Below are positions 40,710 through 54,645 of a DNA stretch of 64,000 bases, one piece after another; the first letter of the stretch is position 1, and the number at the start of each line of letters is the position of its first letter. The stretch lies in assembly GCA_951406725.2 (NCBI GenBank), contig OX597816.1:12152001-12216000 (forward strand). The letters run 5' to 3'. A program made the position numbers and the translations under genes. The notes under the pieces are model-generated. The model did no database searches and was not told where the DNA came from. It saw only the letters and a list, made by a program, of their open reading frames with translations. The DNA is from Octopus vulgaris. Lineage: Eukaryota.

Positions 40710-40960
40710 GCAAAATACTGAAAAATGTTTAATTCGTTGTATTGCGTTTTCTGTTGTCTGACTCCATATATTAGAGCCCTTGTTGTAAGTGTGAAAGACA
40801 GATGCATTGGTGTTGTTAGAGTTAATAGATCTATAATGGATAAATCTAGAAGAGTCAATGACATGAGGTGGTAAATAACAGATAGAAAGATAGATTTGAA
40901 TGAAACAAGCTTGTACAGATAAGATTATGCTGAAATAAGGTGAATGCAAACATGATTTAT
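40710..40960 (-). pseudogene. Degenerate LINE APE-endonuclease fragment
   Basis: LHSPYFSIILSV...IYLSICYLPP...W..TT..A resembles CR1/Jockey endonuclease regions. Confidence 0.35.
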
Positions 40961-41414
40961 AAGACAAACTCATGCAAATCATGATATGGAGAAAACAAAA
41001 ACTGAATGATGGTTTATATTTGATAATTTTATTCTCGATAAATACGATAATATATTTGAAATGTCATAGAAGCAGTCAACCTTGCGCAAATATTAAACTC
41101 AGTTAATTAAGATAACAATTCTGTTGTGTCTGGAGAGAGTCATTTTCTTTTTGTGCCTTATAATTTAACACACTCACCGGTAAAATTTCCACTTTTTTCC
41201 TATTCTTATTTTCAATAGTATTGAAAAGGTTGCAAGATGCAACGAAAATTTTAGAAAAATAAAAATAAGGAAAAAGTGGAAAGATTATAAGGCACAAAAA
41301 GAAAATTACTCTCCCCAGACACAACAGAATATGCTTCAACACACGAACTCATATAAAGAATCTTGCAAACCAAATCCAAAAGCAAAATAAGATAATAATT
41401 GTTTTTTATGATAA

Positions 41415-41600
41415 TTTCAGCTCACCAAAAAGACACCTGGGTTTCAGTTACACAAGATCTGCTTGATGTATGTATTGTGCTGAGAATGACAAAAACTTTT
41501 TGAAAACTTTGCATAGGCCTCCGAGCAGGTATCGCCAAGCTTTTGGTCAAATTTGATCCAGATTCTTTGCTCAACCTTCTATGTCATGGTCAATGCAACA
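41415..41600. pseudogene. Rearranged mariner transposase fragments
   Basis: Plus strand KDTWVSVTQDLLD..AENDKNFLK; minus strand MT*KVEQRIWIKFDQKLGDTCSEAY (mariner N-terminus). Confidence 0.6.
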
Positions 41601-41904
41601 ATCACACGCTACACATGTTCCTTCCAAGCACTGCTGTAAGCAGCTGATGTGAGCTAGAATGTTAAAACTTAGTGCACATATACAGCAAAGTTTAAGGTCA
41701 ATTTGTGCCAAACAGCTTTACTCTGTGTACTTTGGCTTCGTTACTATGGCAACAGTCCGGATACTTATTGATCAGACTTCATATATACGTATTTGTTGAA
41801 GAGCATAGACTTGAACCTCCATTCTTCCTGAGTGTTAGACTAATACGTCTGCTTGTTGTTCCTTCACCTGTCTTTGCCTTTGCCTTTTGTTTTCTGTAAA
41901 TTTG

Positions 41905-41949
<45 letters not shown>

Positions 41950-42505
41950 TGCAGGAGTGGCTGTGTGGTAAGTAGCTTGTTTACCAACCACATGGTTCTG
42001 GGTTCAGTCCCACTGCGTGGCACCTTGGGCAAGTGTCTTCTACTATAGCCTCGGGCCGACCAAATCCTTGTGAGTGAATTTGGTAGACGGAAACTGAAAG
42101 AAGCCCGTCGTATATATGTATATATATTTATATGCATGTGTGTGTTTGTGTGTCTGTGTTTGTCCCCCTAGCATTGCTTGACAACCAAGCTGGTGTGTTT
42201 ATGTCCCCGTTACTTAGTGGTTCGGCAAAAGAGACCGATAGAATAAGTACTGGGCTTACAAAAGAATAAGTCCCGGAGTCGAGTTACTCGATTAAAGGCG
42301 GTGCTCCAGCATGACCGCAGTCAAATGACTGAAACAAGTAAAAGAGTAAAAGAGTAAAGAGTAATATATGTATATATATATATATATATATACCGGAGTA
42401 AACACATAAATGTGAAACAAGGTGGAAAAAAGAGTACTCAAATACCAGTGGTAGAGTAATATGCTTTATTTAAAGCAGCAGGAAATTTTTTTTTGCTAGC
42501 AAAAA

Positions 42506-42543
42506 CTGTCCGATGAATGGCAACGGGAAACTCAGAGTAACAG
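42506..42543 (+). ncRNA. Minimal hammerhead motif (variant core CCGATGA) inside an inverted repeat
   Basis: CTGT-CCGATGA-atg-GCAA-cgg-GAAAC-tcaga-GTA-ACAG. Flanked by IR arms CTTTATTTAAAGCAGCAG / CTGCTGCTTTAAATAAAG. Confidence 0.65.
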
Positions 42544-42746
42544 GTTTTGTTGAATTTTCTGCTGCTTTAAATAAAGTGTATATATATATATCTATCATCT
42601 GTAAAAACATAAATCTGAAAACAGAAACACACTAGATTATAGAGTGGCATATATTAAAGTTAGATAAAGCTGGTTTATGAGATTACCTTAGGTTTCACAT
42701 CCCCAAAGTGTTCAGCTTTATAACATATCATAAAGCTGACAGCTTT

Positions 42747-42805
42747 TGGGATCTGATGACATGCCATAAAGCTACATTAGGGATGTGAAATTCAAGGTAA
42801 TCCCA
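42747..42805 (+). ncRNA. Type I hammerhead motif inside an inverted duplication (42650-42835)
   Basis: TGGGAT-CTGATGA-cat...atgt-GAAA-ttcaag-GTA-ATCCCA (6 bp stem I). The inverted arm preserves GAAAC-CTAAG-GTA. Confidence 0.7.
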
Positions 42806-42835
42806 TAAACTGGCCTTATTTAACTTCATTATATA

Positions 42836-42870
<35 letters not shown>

Positions 42871-42874
<4 letters not shown>

Positions 42875-44149
42875 GTCATCCCATAAATAATGTGGTTTTT
42901 TTTATACATCTTTTATTTTTCAAAATTAAGATAAACAAAGTTCTTTTTAATCTAAAGTATACTCTCCTTCATTTCCTACAGTGCTCTTCCACCCATCTGG
43001 TAGAATTGAAAGGCCCTGCTTCCAAAATTTTACTTGTCCATGATGGAAAATACTCCTCTGGTACTGTTTTAACCTTGCCTAAAGAATTCATTTTCCATCT
43101 TAATAATTTTGAAGACTGTGGAATAAATAATAATCAGAAGGGGCAATGTCTAGTGAATATGGTGGTTGGGGCATTGTTTCCCATTTAAACTGCTTCAGCC
43201 TTTAGAATTTCATCCTCCTTGTATGTGACGAAACAATATACTGATGGAAGAACACCTTTTATCTTGAAACCAAATATGGTCATTTTTCTTCTAGTGCTGA
43301 CTTAAGCTACTTAAACAGCTTGTATTAGATCTCCTTTGTTATCATTTGGTTTGGGTTTATAAGTTCAAAGTGGACTAAACCTTTCATATCCCACCAAACA
43401 TATAACAATACCTTATGTGGATGAAGACCATCTTTAACCTGGGGTGCCAGTGTTTCTCCTTTCCCTACCCATTGCCTCTGGTGCTTGACGTTTTTATAGA
43501 GAACCCATTTCTCTCTCCCATGTACTATTCAGTCCAAAAACAGCTCAATCATGAGATGTGACAGTAACAAAGAGCACACATTCACTCTCTGCACTTGATT
43601 AGACTCTGGAAGTTTGCGAGGAACCCATTGACCCAATTTGCTGACCTTTCCGACGGCATGCAGCTGAATGATTGAATGACCAAATCCAAGATTGTCTGCT
43701 AGTTCCTCAACAGTTATGATGGGATTTTGTTCCACCAGGGTTTGCAGGATGTCCTCATTGGGCTCTACAGATCTTCCAGTACAAGTCTTGTCTTCTAGGT
43801 TGTAGTTTCCATCTTGGAATTTCTGGAACCACCATTGTCACTGGTTTACACTTATTGTCCAATCCCCATATACTTCACTAATATTCCTCGCATTTCCCAT
43901 TGTGTTGTTGCCTTTATTAAACTCATAAAACAAAATATGCTGAATATGCTCCTTTGTCCCTTCATAATAGCTTGAAAAGAAATAACTGTTAAGATCGTAC
44001 TGCACTCTTCAAAATTTTCACTAAGAGTAAGTACAAAGTAAAATTACTACCTGCTTTTATAGCAAGTTGATGCAAGTAGTTTATCCCATCCCTCTCTGAC
44101 TTTTAGCTCATGAAACTGAAAAAAACGCATTATTTATGGAATGACCCAA
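42871..44149 (-). mobile_element. Full-length degenerate mariner (1279 bp, TA TSD)
   Basis: TIRs GTGAGTCATCCCATAAATAATG / CATTATTTATGGAATGACCCAA; ORF 43529-43735 contains the WVPRKL motif; same family as 26928-28195. Confidence 0.92.
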
Positions 44150-44813
44150 TATATATAAGTAATTATTTGGACTTTGTGTATATGTCTATTAGTATGCCAA
44201 TCAAAGCACTTTCACTGTTTGGGCTACCTGATGTCATCCACAGTCATGATATAATTTTCACTGGATCTACATGAGGAATTCTGCAGTATTCATTTGATCT
44301 ATAATTGATGAGGGAAACAGAAAACGGTTATAACCCCAGAATTATTCAACTCCCTCTCAGTGTAGCCACATACTACGAGAGAGTACAACATGCAGTGCTC
44401 CAGCATGGCCACAGTCAAAATGACTGAAACAAATAAAAGAATAGAATATATGTATGCATGTATTCTTTTATTGTTTTATACTATTACATGTTTCAGCCAT
44501 TTGACTGTGTCCATGCTGGAGCATTGCTTTCAGATGAGCAAACCGACCCCAGGACTTATTCTTAGTAAGCCTAGTATTTATTCTATCGGTCACTTTTGCC
44601 GAATTGTTAAATGATGGGGACGTAAACACACCAGCATCGGTTGTCAAGCGATGTTGGGGGGACAAACACAGACACACAAACATATACACATATATATATT
44701 TATATATATATAACGGGCTTCTGAAGTCTGGTTCAGTCTTCTGCCTAGCCAGCTCCTCTCAATCTGTCCAATCCATACCAGCATGGAAAGCAGATGTTAA
44801 ATGATGATTATGA

Positions 44814-44861
<48 letters not shown>

Positions 44862-44979
44862 TATTATATTTCGGAATGGTCATTTTGCCAGTTTAGCCAA
44901 TAAAAACACACACACTATATATTTGGTGTTATTTTGCTTCAGTGTTATTTATTTTTTACATTAATCTTAATCTTATTTC

Positions 44980-45023
44980 GACCAGAGTTCTTTCGGTACA
45001 CTCCTGTGACTGCATCAGTGGTC
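44980..45023 (-). ncRNA. Hammerhead-like motif inside nested inverted repeats (44862-45295)
   Basis: GACCA-CTGATGC-agtcac-agga-gtgtacc-GAAAG-aa-CTC-TGGTC: 5 bp stem I, core A9 replaced by C. Confidence 0.6.
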
Positions 45024-45587
45024 CTTTGTTTTCTTCTTTCTTATTTGTGTCTCTCCTTACTAACCGTCAGCCATTTTGTATTTCTATATATAGTTATGTA
45101 TTTCTATTCGTTTAGTTATCTGTGTATTTTATTTGTTATGTTTTCGGTTCTGTCTATATTGTAACCAGTTTATGGGGATCCTCTACCGTCATATGAATAG
45201 GAAACTGGAACACTAGCACCCACCACAACATATGACGGTAGAGGATCCCCAGTTTATTGGCTAAACTGGCAAAATTATCATTCCGAAATATAACAATATC
45301 TGTTTAAACACACGATTTCACATAAAAAATCTTGCATAACAAATATATATATATATACACACACACAAATATAAATGTGTATGTGTACATATGTGTGCCT
45401 CTTTCAATGATTTGGTCATCCCAGGGCTACAGTACAAGACATTTAACTAAGGATTCCATTAAAACCCACGTGATTGTTGTGAAGCAGACTTTCCAACCAG
45501 AAAGCCATGCCTGCACCTATAATCTACCTTTATATATTAATAAAATTGTCTGCATCAAGATCTTCTAAAGTTTGTAATCTTGACAAT

Positions 45588-45662
<75 letters not shown>

Positions 45663-45960
45663 TAAGCATTTATTTAATATATATATATGTGTGTGTGTGT
45701 TTATATATAAGTAAATATATATATATATATATGTATATGTGTGTTTGGATATATATATATATGTGTGTGTGTATTTATATATATATGTATGTATATGTAT
45801 GTATATGTATGTATATATATTTATAGGTATATATATTATGTGTATATGTATGTATATATATTATATATATATAGATATGTGTATATGTATATATATATAT
45901 ATATATTATGTGTATATGTATATATAGACGTGTATATATATATATAGATATGTGCAAATG

Positions 45961-45992
<32 letters not shown>

Positions 45993-46073
45993 GATATGTG
46001 TATGTATAGTATGTATATATATGTATATGTGTATATATATATATATTATGTATATACGTATATGTATATATAG

Positions 46074-46112
<39 letters not shown>

Positions 46113-46647
46113 CATATATACATTTATATATTAAGGAAAATTCAGTCCTACTACAGAACATTGAAAAAAGACTAGAAAAGATAGACACAAATGAATTAAT
46201 TAATTAAATAAGGGAATAAATAAAACAAAAAAAGATAGAGAAATTAGGAAAGAAAAAATGTCTGCAATTTTATTTACTTTATTTATGCTTTTTGTTTGTT
46301 CGATTTTCTTTTTTTTAGTTTTTGTATCTAGGAAAATAGTAAAGTCTGTTAATTTCATTGTTAAATAATTGAATTTTTAAAACAAATGAAGACTGCAAAA
46401 TTCACCTGAAAAAAGGAAGGAAACAGATTTTTATATTCTTTTGTCACAAACACAGACATCAGGACACACATGGACACAGACACATATCTAACCACACACA
46501 CACACACATACATACATACACACATACATATATATATCTTTGCTTTTTTCAAGTCTTGACAAATGTTCTTGCTGTCTTAGAATGAAGACATACTTCTCAA
46601 GAAATACAATTTGATGATGATAAATAACAATAAGAATTTAATTTGAG

Positions 46648-46690
<43 letters not shown>

Positions 46691-46700
46691 ATATATATAC

Positions 46701-46762
<62 letters not shown>

Positions 46763-47100
46763 TACTACTAAGGTAAGGAGAAAGACATATATCTTTTATC
46801 GTTTACTTGTTTCAGTCATTAGACAGTTGCCATGCTGGAGCACCACTTTGAGGAATTTTAATCAAGTGAATCCAGCCCAGTACATTATTCTTCTTTTAAG
46901 CCTGGGTCTTATTGTATTGATCCCTTTTGCCTGACCACTAAATTATGTGATGTAAACAAACCAACACCAGTTGTCAAGCTGTATGAAGGACAAACACACA
47001 CATGCATGCACACACAAGCACACACACATGCACATACGATAGGCTTCTTTCAGTTTCTATCAAACCCACATACAAGGTTTTTTCTGCCCTAGGCTAAACA

Positions 47101-47131
<31 letters not shown>

Positions 47132-47169
47132 CATTGATGATGATGACGTTGATGATGATTATATGTATG

Positions 47170-47465
47170 TATAGTCTTAGAGTCTTCGATAAGTTTTGGC
47201 TGAAGTTAGCCCAGGCCATGGGTAATTTAATAGCACCACCTGGAAGAGATATACAGTCAGGCCTGGGGCACCATAGCCCATTTGAGCAGAAAGTTATTGT
47301 TTCTAGAGATATATCAAGATGTGGGTGGTTAGTCTGGTATTTGTTGGGGGTAATTATTAGGGACTGTTTAAATGCCGTGAAATCACTTTCCTCCTTTAAG
47401 TGGGCTGGTACGATTTTGAAGAGATCAGGGCCAGTTGAGGTGAAATAGTTCTGTCGTAGCGTTGT
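47170..47465 (-). mobile_element. CR1-like LINE 3' end
   Basis: TTLRQNYFTSTGPDLFKIVPAHLKEESDFTAFKQSL...(PDQP-like) followed by a short 3' UTR. Confidence 0.7.
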
Positions 47466-47519
47466 GATACAACGCAAATATATACGTATGTATAAAGAGA
47501 GTGAAATATATGAGACCAT

Positions 47520-48077
47520 AATCTTGTGGCCTATGCCAGGGGTGTAACCAGCCCACTTATGCATACCTTTCCTTCATTTGACACTAAACTCTGCTTGCAA
47601 AGACCTGTTGAGGTAAGTGAAATCGAAATCAAATTCGATGACTGGCATCTGTGCTAGTGGAGCGCTAAGAGCACCATCTGAGCATGATCATTGCCAGGGC
47701 TGCTAACTGGCTTCCATGCCAGTGGCACGTAAAAAGCACCATTCGAGCGTGATCGTTACCAGCGTTGCCTCACTGGCACTTGTATTGGTGGCATGTGAAA
47801 AAACATTCAAGTGAGAGGTCATTGCCAGTACTGCTGGACTGGCTCCTGTGCAGGTGGCATGTAAAAAACACTATTTGAGCGTGGCCATTGCCAGTACTGC
47901 CTGATTGGCCCTCATGCTGGTGGCACATAAGAGCACCCACTACACTCTCAGAGTGGTTGGCATTAGGAAGGGCATCCAGCTGTAGAATCTCTGCCAGATC
48001 AAGATTGGAGCCTGGTTCACCAGTCAAATCATTCAACTCATGCTAGCATGGAAAGCGGATGTTAAATGATAATGATG

Positions 48078-48078
<1 letters not shown>
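47520..48078 (+). mobile_element. Repeat family D, long copy
   Basis: Tandem units, conserved block and (GAT)n tail. Confidence 0.85.
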
Positions 48079-48110
<32 letters not shown>

Positions 48111-48961
48111 TAAATGAATGTGCCCTTTTAAATCCTAGCCATTCTCATGGGCCCTGTTTCCCAATGGATGCCAGTACATCGCAGCATTACTCATTTTTGC
48201 CAGCTGAGTGGACTGAAATGAAGTGTTTTGCTCAAGAACACAATGGGTTGCCTGGTCCAGGAATCGAAACCAAAATCTTACAATCATGATGCTGACACCC
48301 TAACCACCAAGCCACATGCCTCCACACACACACACACATGCATGCACCTTCCACATTATATATCTATATATATATATATATATATCATTACTTATAGCAA
48401 ACATATATAACAGTTATCTATAAAATTATTTGTACATAATGAGATGAGGAAATCTATGCTCGACTAGCGCAATATTTCCTTCGGCTATCGCATTGAATAA
48501 AGCTGATGATATTCTCCAGACATTTGTGACAAATATCACAGTTTGCTAGACAAAATAATTTGTATCTCTTTAAGTATCTACAAAGCAATCAGTAACTAAT
48601 TCCAAAACTGCCCACCTTCATATTAAGTTCACATGCACAAATCAAACTCTTCAGACTCTCAGTCTGTCATTTAATTCTGACGTCGTCTCAGATGTCAACT
48701 TAATACCTAGACTGGCCAAAACAACTTATGGCCATAAATTTGGCATCAATCTAGACGTAGTTTTGGTACTGCATGGGAAAACTCTTAGAATGTGTTAACA
48801 GAGAAATGACTGGAGACATGAAATATATTCAATGTGCTTTCGAGATGTGCTTAGAAGTGTCTTGGTGAAGTGTCTGCAACAATAGCTTCAGACTAATCTA
48901 TGCGTTGAGAGCCAATTTGGTAGATGGAAACTGTGTGGAAACCCATCATATGCATGTATAT

Positions 48962-48992
<31 letters not shown>

Positions 48993-49331
48993 ATATATAT
49001 ATACACATATATATATATACATACGTATATATATATACATGTGTATGCTTGTGTGTATAATTGTTAAATATGTGTGTGTGTGTGTGTGTGCAGGTGTGTA
49101 AAAACACCCACTACACTCGCGGAGTGGTTGGCGTTAGGAAGGGCATCCAGCTGAGAAACACTGCCAGACTAGACTGGAGCCTGGAGCAGTCCGAGCTCTC
49201 CAGACCCCGGTCGATCCAACCTAGCGGAAAACGGACGTAAATGATGATGATGATGATAAAGAAGCATTCTTTTGCAGTCCTATATAAACCGTTTTGTTTC
49301 TGTAAAAGGAGACAAATATTATTTCTTGTTG

Positions 49332-49398
<67 letters not shown>

Positions 49399-50746
49399 AT
49401 TATCACTTGATCATGTAATCAGCCAGACGTTCCTATGCATCGCTGGTCACGAGCTTTGCATTGTTTTAGCTTTTGAATGATGCCACCGAGCTCCCATATA
49501 TATATATATATATATATAAATTAATAAATAAAACATATGCTATATATATACATATATGTACGTACCTACCTCTACATGTATATATACACGCATATATGAG
49601 TACAGGACACCAAAAAAACGTCGAACACAATGAGAAACGAAAACATAGACACAAACCCAAGGAACTGGACATTTTTCTTAAACAACAACAAAAAATAGAT
49701 TACAGGACAAATAACACAAGGAAAAAACCCCTTCTTCAGTCGCCATGGTTTCATCTACTCTAGGTCATTAAGAATGAAATGTCTGACTTTGAACTGAAAG
49801 CATATTTTATTTTATCTCAACAAAAAGCAATGAAGTTAATCAAAGTATGCACCTAAATTATCAACACAATTTTGACATTTTATCAGTAGCTTATTTATGC
49901 CAGCAGTGAAGGTATTGGTTGGCCCAAGGCTATAGTAGAAGACATTTACCCAAGATGCCACGCAATAGGACTGAACCTAGAACCATGTGGCTGAGAAGCA
50001 AAGTTCTTACCACACAGCCACACCTGCACATGTTAAGGTTGCAGCTATGCATATCTTTGTAAAATTAAGCATATATCACTAGAACGGTGCATTTGTGTGA
50101 TTTCATGTATTTGCATTTTACTGTACACATACAGCTGCGTGAGACTGAGGGAGAGAAAAAATGTGCATGCATGTGTGTATTTGTGGGTGGGTGTATGAGT
50201 GCGTTATGGAGCTTTTATGGCAGGGATAAGTGCTGAAACGAGAGCCATAATATGATTGAGAAGACAGATAATACAATCCGAATCAATAGAACGACATTGT
50301 ATAAATCCAATTAAGGCAACTCTGCGATGTTTCCTAGCCAAAGAACGGTAAAAAGAAATAAAGCATGCCTAATTATGCCATTCTCTTGTAAATGGCAATA
50401 TCAGGTTTGAAGAACTGCGAATTCGGCACATAAAGTAACACAGTAAACTCGGTAAGTAAGTAAGTGCCACTAACGGACTGATTAAAGATGATGTATTAGT
50501 GGTTTTGCCACTGAAATTAATATCGAAAATGTATTAGAAAATGGTCATTGAATGTGGATTCTGAAAATTGAAAACACCTGTCTAATGTAACCTAGTTAGA
50601 CTTGTGACATCAGTTGGAGATATTATGGAGTAAATATAATTAACAAGTTATAGATTTGTATGTATATGTACATCTGTGTTAACATATCTACCTCCTTACC
50701 AACTTGTCTGCCTATCTACTTATATATATATATGTGTGAGCCTCGA

Positions 50747-50779
<33 letters not shown>

Positions 50780-51369
50780 GCATGTGTGTGTGTGTATATG
50801 TGTGTGTATATATATATATGTGTATATTGTGTGTGTGTATATATGTGTGTGTGTGTGTATATATGTGTGTGTGTGTGTGTGTATATATATATGTTTGCGT
50901 ATATGTATATATGTGTGTGTATATATGTGTATGTATATATGTGTATGTATATATATATGTATGTATGTATATGTATGTATATATATGTATATATATATGT
51001 ATGTATGTATATGTATGTATATATATGTATATATATATATGTATGTATGTATATGTGGAGGCACGTGGCTTAGTGGTTAGTGTCTGAGCATCATGATCAT
51101 AAGGTTGTGGTTTCGATTCCTAGACCAGGCGACGCGTTGTGTTCTTGAGCAAAACACTTCATTTCACGTTTGAGCAAAACACTTCATTTCCAGTCCACTC
51201 AGCTGGCAAAAATGAGTAACGCTGCGATGGACTGGCGTCCCATCCAGCTGCAGAACACATTCGTCATAGAAACTGGAAAACCAGGCCCATGAGCCTGGCT
51301 AGGCTTTAAAAAGGGCACATTTATGTTTTATTTTATATATGTATATATATGTGTGTTAGCATTTCTGTG

Positions 51370-51407
<38 letters not shown>

Positions 51408-52057
51408 CATTTCTATGTATATATATTTATTTTCATGTGACTATATGTATATATGAATGAATAAATATATATAAATGTATAAGTGACAATGTGGCTGTGT
51501 GGTAAGAAATTTGTATCTAACCCACAAGATTCTGGGTTCAGTCATACTGCATGGTACCATGGGCAAGTGTCTTCTACTTCAGCCTCAGGTCAATGAAAAC
51601 TATGAGAATGGATTTGGTAGACAGAAACTGAAAGAAGCCTATCGTATATGTGTGTATGTTTGTGTGTGTGTGTCTTTGTCTGTGTCTTTGTCTGCCCTAC
51701 AAGATGTTAGCTGACAATTAAGGGGGCTGGCCACTAGCAAACCATTGATAATGAAATAGGGGAAATCTTATCATGTAGTACTATAGTTAAATATTTTAAA
51801 CAATATTGCCATATTGCATAAAGTGAAAGATTAGGGTAATTCAGAAGATTATTAAGAATATAGCAAAAGGATGAAAAGTTTTTTGAATACTTTTGAGTAT
51901 ATAGCAAACTTTTACCACAATAGAGGGAGGAAAAGAAATTATCTAGAAATACATATTATATACTTAAATACATATATACTTAAATACTAACTTATCAGAT
52001 GGTATCTGTGTATATTGATCAATTGGTATATACTGGTATTTAATAAATGCAAATACA

Positions 52058-52182
52058 TATATCCTTTTTCCAGTGACGAAAAGTCACTTTTCTCGTAAAA
52101 GTGTAAACAAGCGATAAATCAATTATTGCTTGTTTACACTTTTTCGAGACCAGTGATTTTTCATCACTGGAAAAAGGATATA
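52058..52182. repeat. ~60 bp-arm imperfect palindrome
   Basis: TATATCCTTTTTCCAGTGACGAAAAGTCAC...AAGCGATAA / TTATTGCTT...GTGATTTTTCATCACTGGAAAAAGGATATA. Confidence 0.85.
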
Positions 52183-52227
52183 TGAAGTTGCATTGGAACC
52201 CCTTCGCATCGAAGACTGGTGATTGTT

Positions 52228-52270
52228 GTGCGCTGACAACGGGTAAATACCCAGAAACCCATGTCTGTAC
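52228..52270 (+). ncRNA. Type I hammerhead motif with one core mutation
   Basis: GTGCG-CTGACAA-c-GGGT-aaat-ACCC-a-GAAAC-ccat-GTC-TGTAC; G8 replaced by A. Confidence 0.6.
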
Positions 52271-52408
52271 GTATCACATCAGGTCGAAGATGGGAAGGAT
52301 GGCTTCCCTTTGCAAATATTAATAGGGCACAGAAAGTGTGTCAATAGTCAGCTTGGGGCTACAAGTTACAGTAGCATCCACCCTTAGTGTTTAGCCACAT
52401 TTAAGTGG

Positions 52409-52451
<43 letters not shown>

Positions 52452-52684
52452 CTCTCTCTCTTTCGGAGAGGCACAAGCACCTACACGCACATATACACAC
52501 ACGGCAGTAACTTCCACCTACCGAAATTCAATCACAAAGCTCCGGTCAGCTCAGGGCTATAGTGAAAGACACCTACCCAAAGTGCCACGCAGTGGGACTG
52601 AACCCAAAACCATATAGCAAGGAAGCAAGCTCCCTAACCACACAGCCATGCCCATATATATATATACATAAATATGTATATGTC

Positions 52685-52721
<37 letters not shown>

Positions 52722-53099
52722 CCATCTTTGTGTCTGTGTTTGTCCTCCACCGCCGCTTAACAACTAGTGTTGGTGTGTTTACATCCCCTGTCAAACCCAC
52801 CCACCCAACCATACCAACATGGAACATGATGAGGATGATGGTGATGACAACAACGATAATGATGAATATGAAAATGATTATAATATATTTACAAACAGTA
52901 CAATGTTTTTTTTTTTTTCCTTCTTTCCGTCATCGTGTGTCATTCTGCAACTCATGACTCAAAGAATAAGAAATGGTACAAGGATGTTGATGTCTGGTTT
53001 GCTTGTGAAGAATCTAATTAATGAGTATAAAAGGATGCTAAATGATATTTGTTAAATTCTGCTGTCTTGGACAGTCGTAGGTCACGATTCGAAGAAGAT

Positions 53100-53501
53100 A
53101 TATAGATACACACACATATATATATACACATATACATATATATACATATATACATACATATATACATATATACATACATATATACATACATACATATATA
53201 CATACATATACATATACATATACATATATATACATACATATACATATATATATACATACATATACATACATATATATATATACATACATATACATATATA
53301 CATACATATACATATATATATACATACATATACATATATACACACATACATATATATACATATACATATATACATATATACATACATATATACATATATA
53401 TATACATATATATACATACATATACATATATATATACATATATATACATATATATAGATACATATACATATATATACATACATACACATATATACATACA
53501 T

Positions 53502-53547
<46 letters not shown>

Positions 53548-53600
53548 GAAGACACTTGTGTGTAAGTATATATAATATATATATACACATACACACATAT
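53100..53600. repeat. (TA/TACA)n compound microsatellite
   Basis: Direct reading; similar tracts at 45600-46130 and 50720-51055. Confidence 0.95.
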
Positions 53601-54321
53601 TTGATGTATGGAACTAGTATACACTAACAATGTTGCTTTTTCTGTTGAATTGGTATCTTGTTTGCCGAATCATAGACGATATATAAACTGACACAACCAT
53701 GCTGAATGAAAGAATACATAGAACTAACGAATATACAGAACGAAAAACTAAACAGAATACCAAGAATATAGAGAATAAAAGAATATGTGTCGAGAGTGTT
53801 TTTAGTCAATACTGTATATTACAAAGAATGTAAACAAATATCTGGATAGGTGCAGGAGTGGCTGTGTGGTAAGTAGCTTGCTTATCAACCACACGGTTCC
53901 AGGTTCAGTCCCACTGCATGGTACCTTCGCAACTGTCTTCTACTATAGCCTCGGGCCGACCAAAGCTTTGTGAGTGGATTTGGTAGACGGAAACTGAAAA
54001 GAAGCCCATTGTGTGTGTGTGCGTGTATATATATATATATATATATATACGTAGGTGCAGGAGTGGCTGTGTGGTAAGTAGCTTGCTTACCAACCACTTT
54101 GTTCCGGGTTCAGTCCCACTGTGTGGCACCTTGAGCAAGTGTCATCTACTATAGTTTCAGGCCGACCAAAGCTTTGGGAGTGGATTTGGTCAACGGAAAC
54201 TGAAAGAAGCCCATTGTATATGTGTGTGTGTGTTTGTGTGTCTATACAGACCAGTTTCGTGACACTGGCATCAGACACAACTACGATTGATTCATAATTA
54301 CTCTGCAAACAACATTTCCAG

Positions 54322-54492
54322 ACAGTTCTATTGTTAAGAGATGAGGAATTATTTACATTTGATGGATATTTGATGGATATCTGTCCTCATCTTGTTTGTC
54401 ATTAACACACTGTTTTGGCTGATATAATCTCTAGTCTTCATCAGGTGTCTTGGGGAAATCTTGAACGTGGGTTTTTGTTCCTAAGGTATTTT

Positions 54493-54533
<41 letters not shown>

Positions 54534-54602
54534 TGAACTCGGAATCTTGGGGTTAGTAGCCCGTTCTCTTAACCACTATGCCATATGCCCTGAATAATAA
54601 TG

Positions 54603-54645
<43 letters not shown>

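Noticed and set aside
48495-48545. CTGATGA as a hammerhead (also at 1081, 11985, 28461 and 61105)
   Set aside because: No correctly placed stem II/GAAA/UH/stem I.
49700-49760. Permuted hammerhead (GAAAC...CTGAAGA on the minus strand)
   Set aside because: Could not build consistent stems; likely a truncated repeat end.
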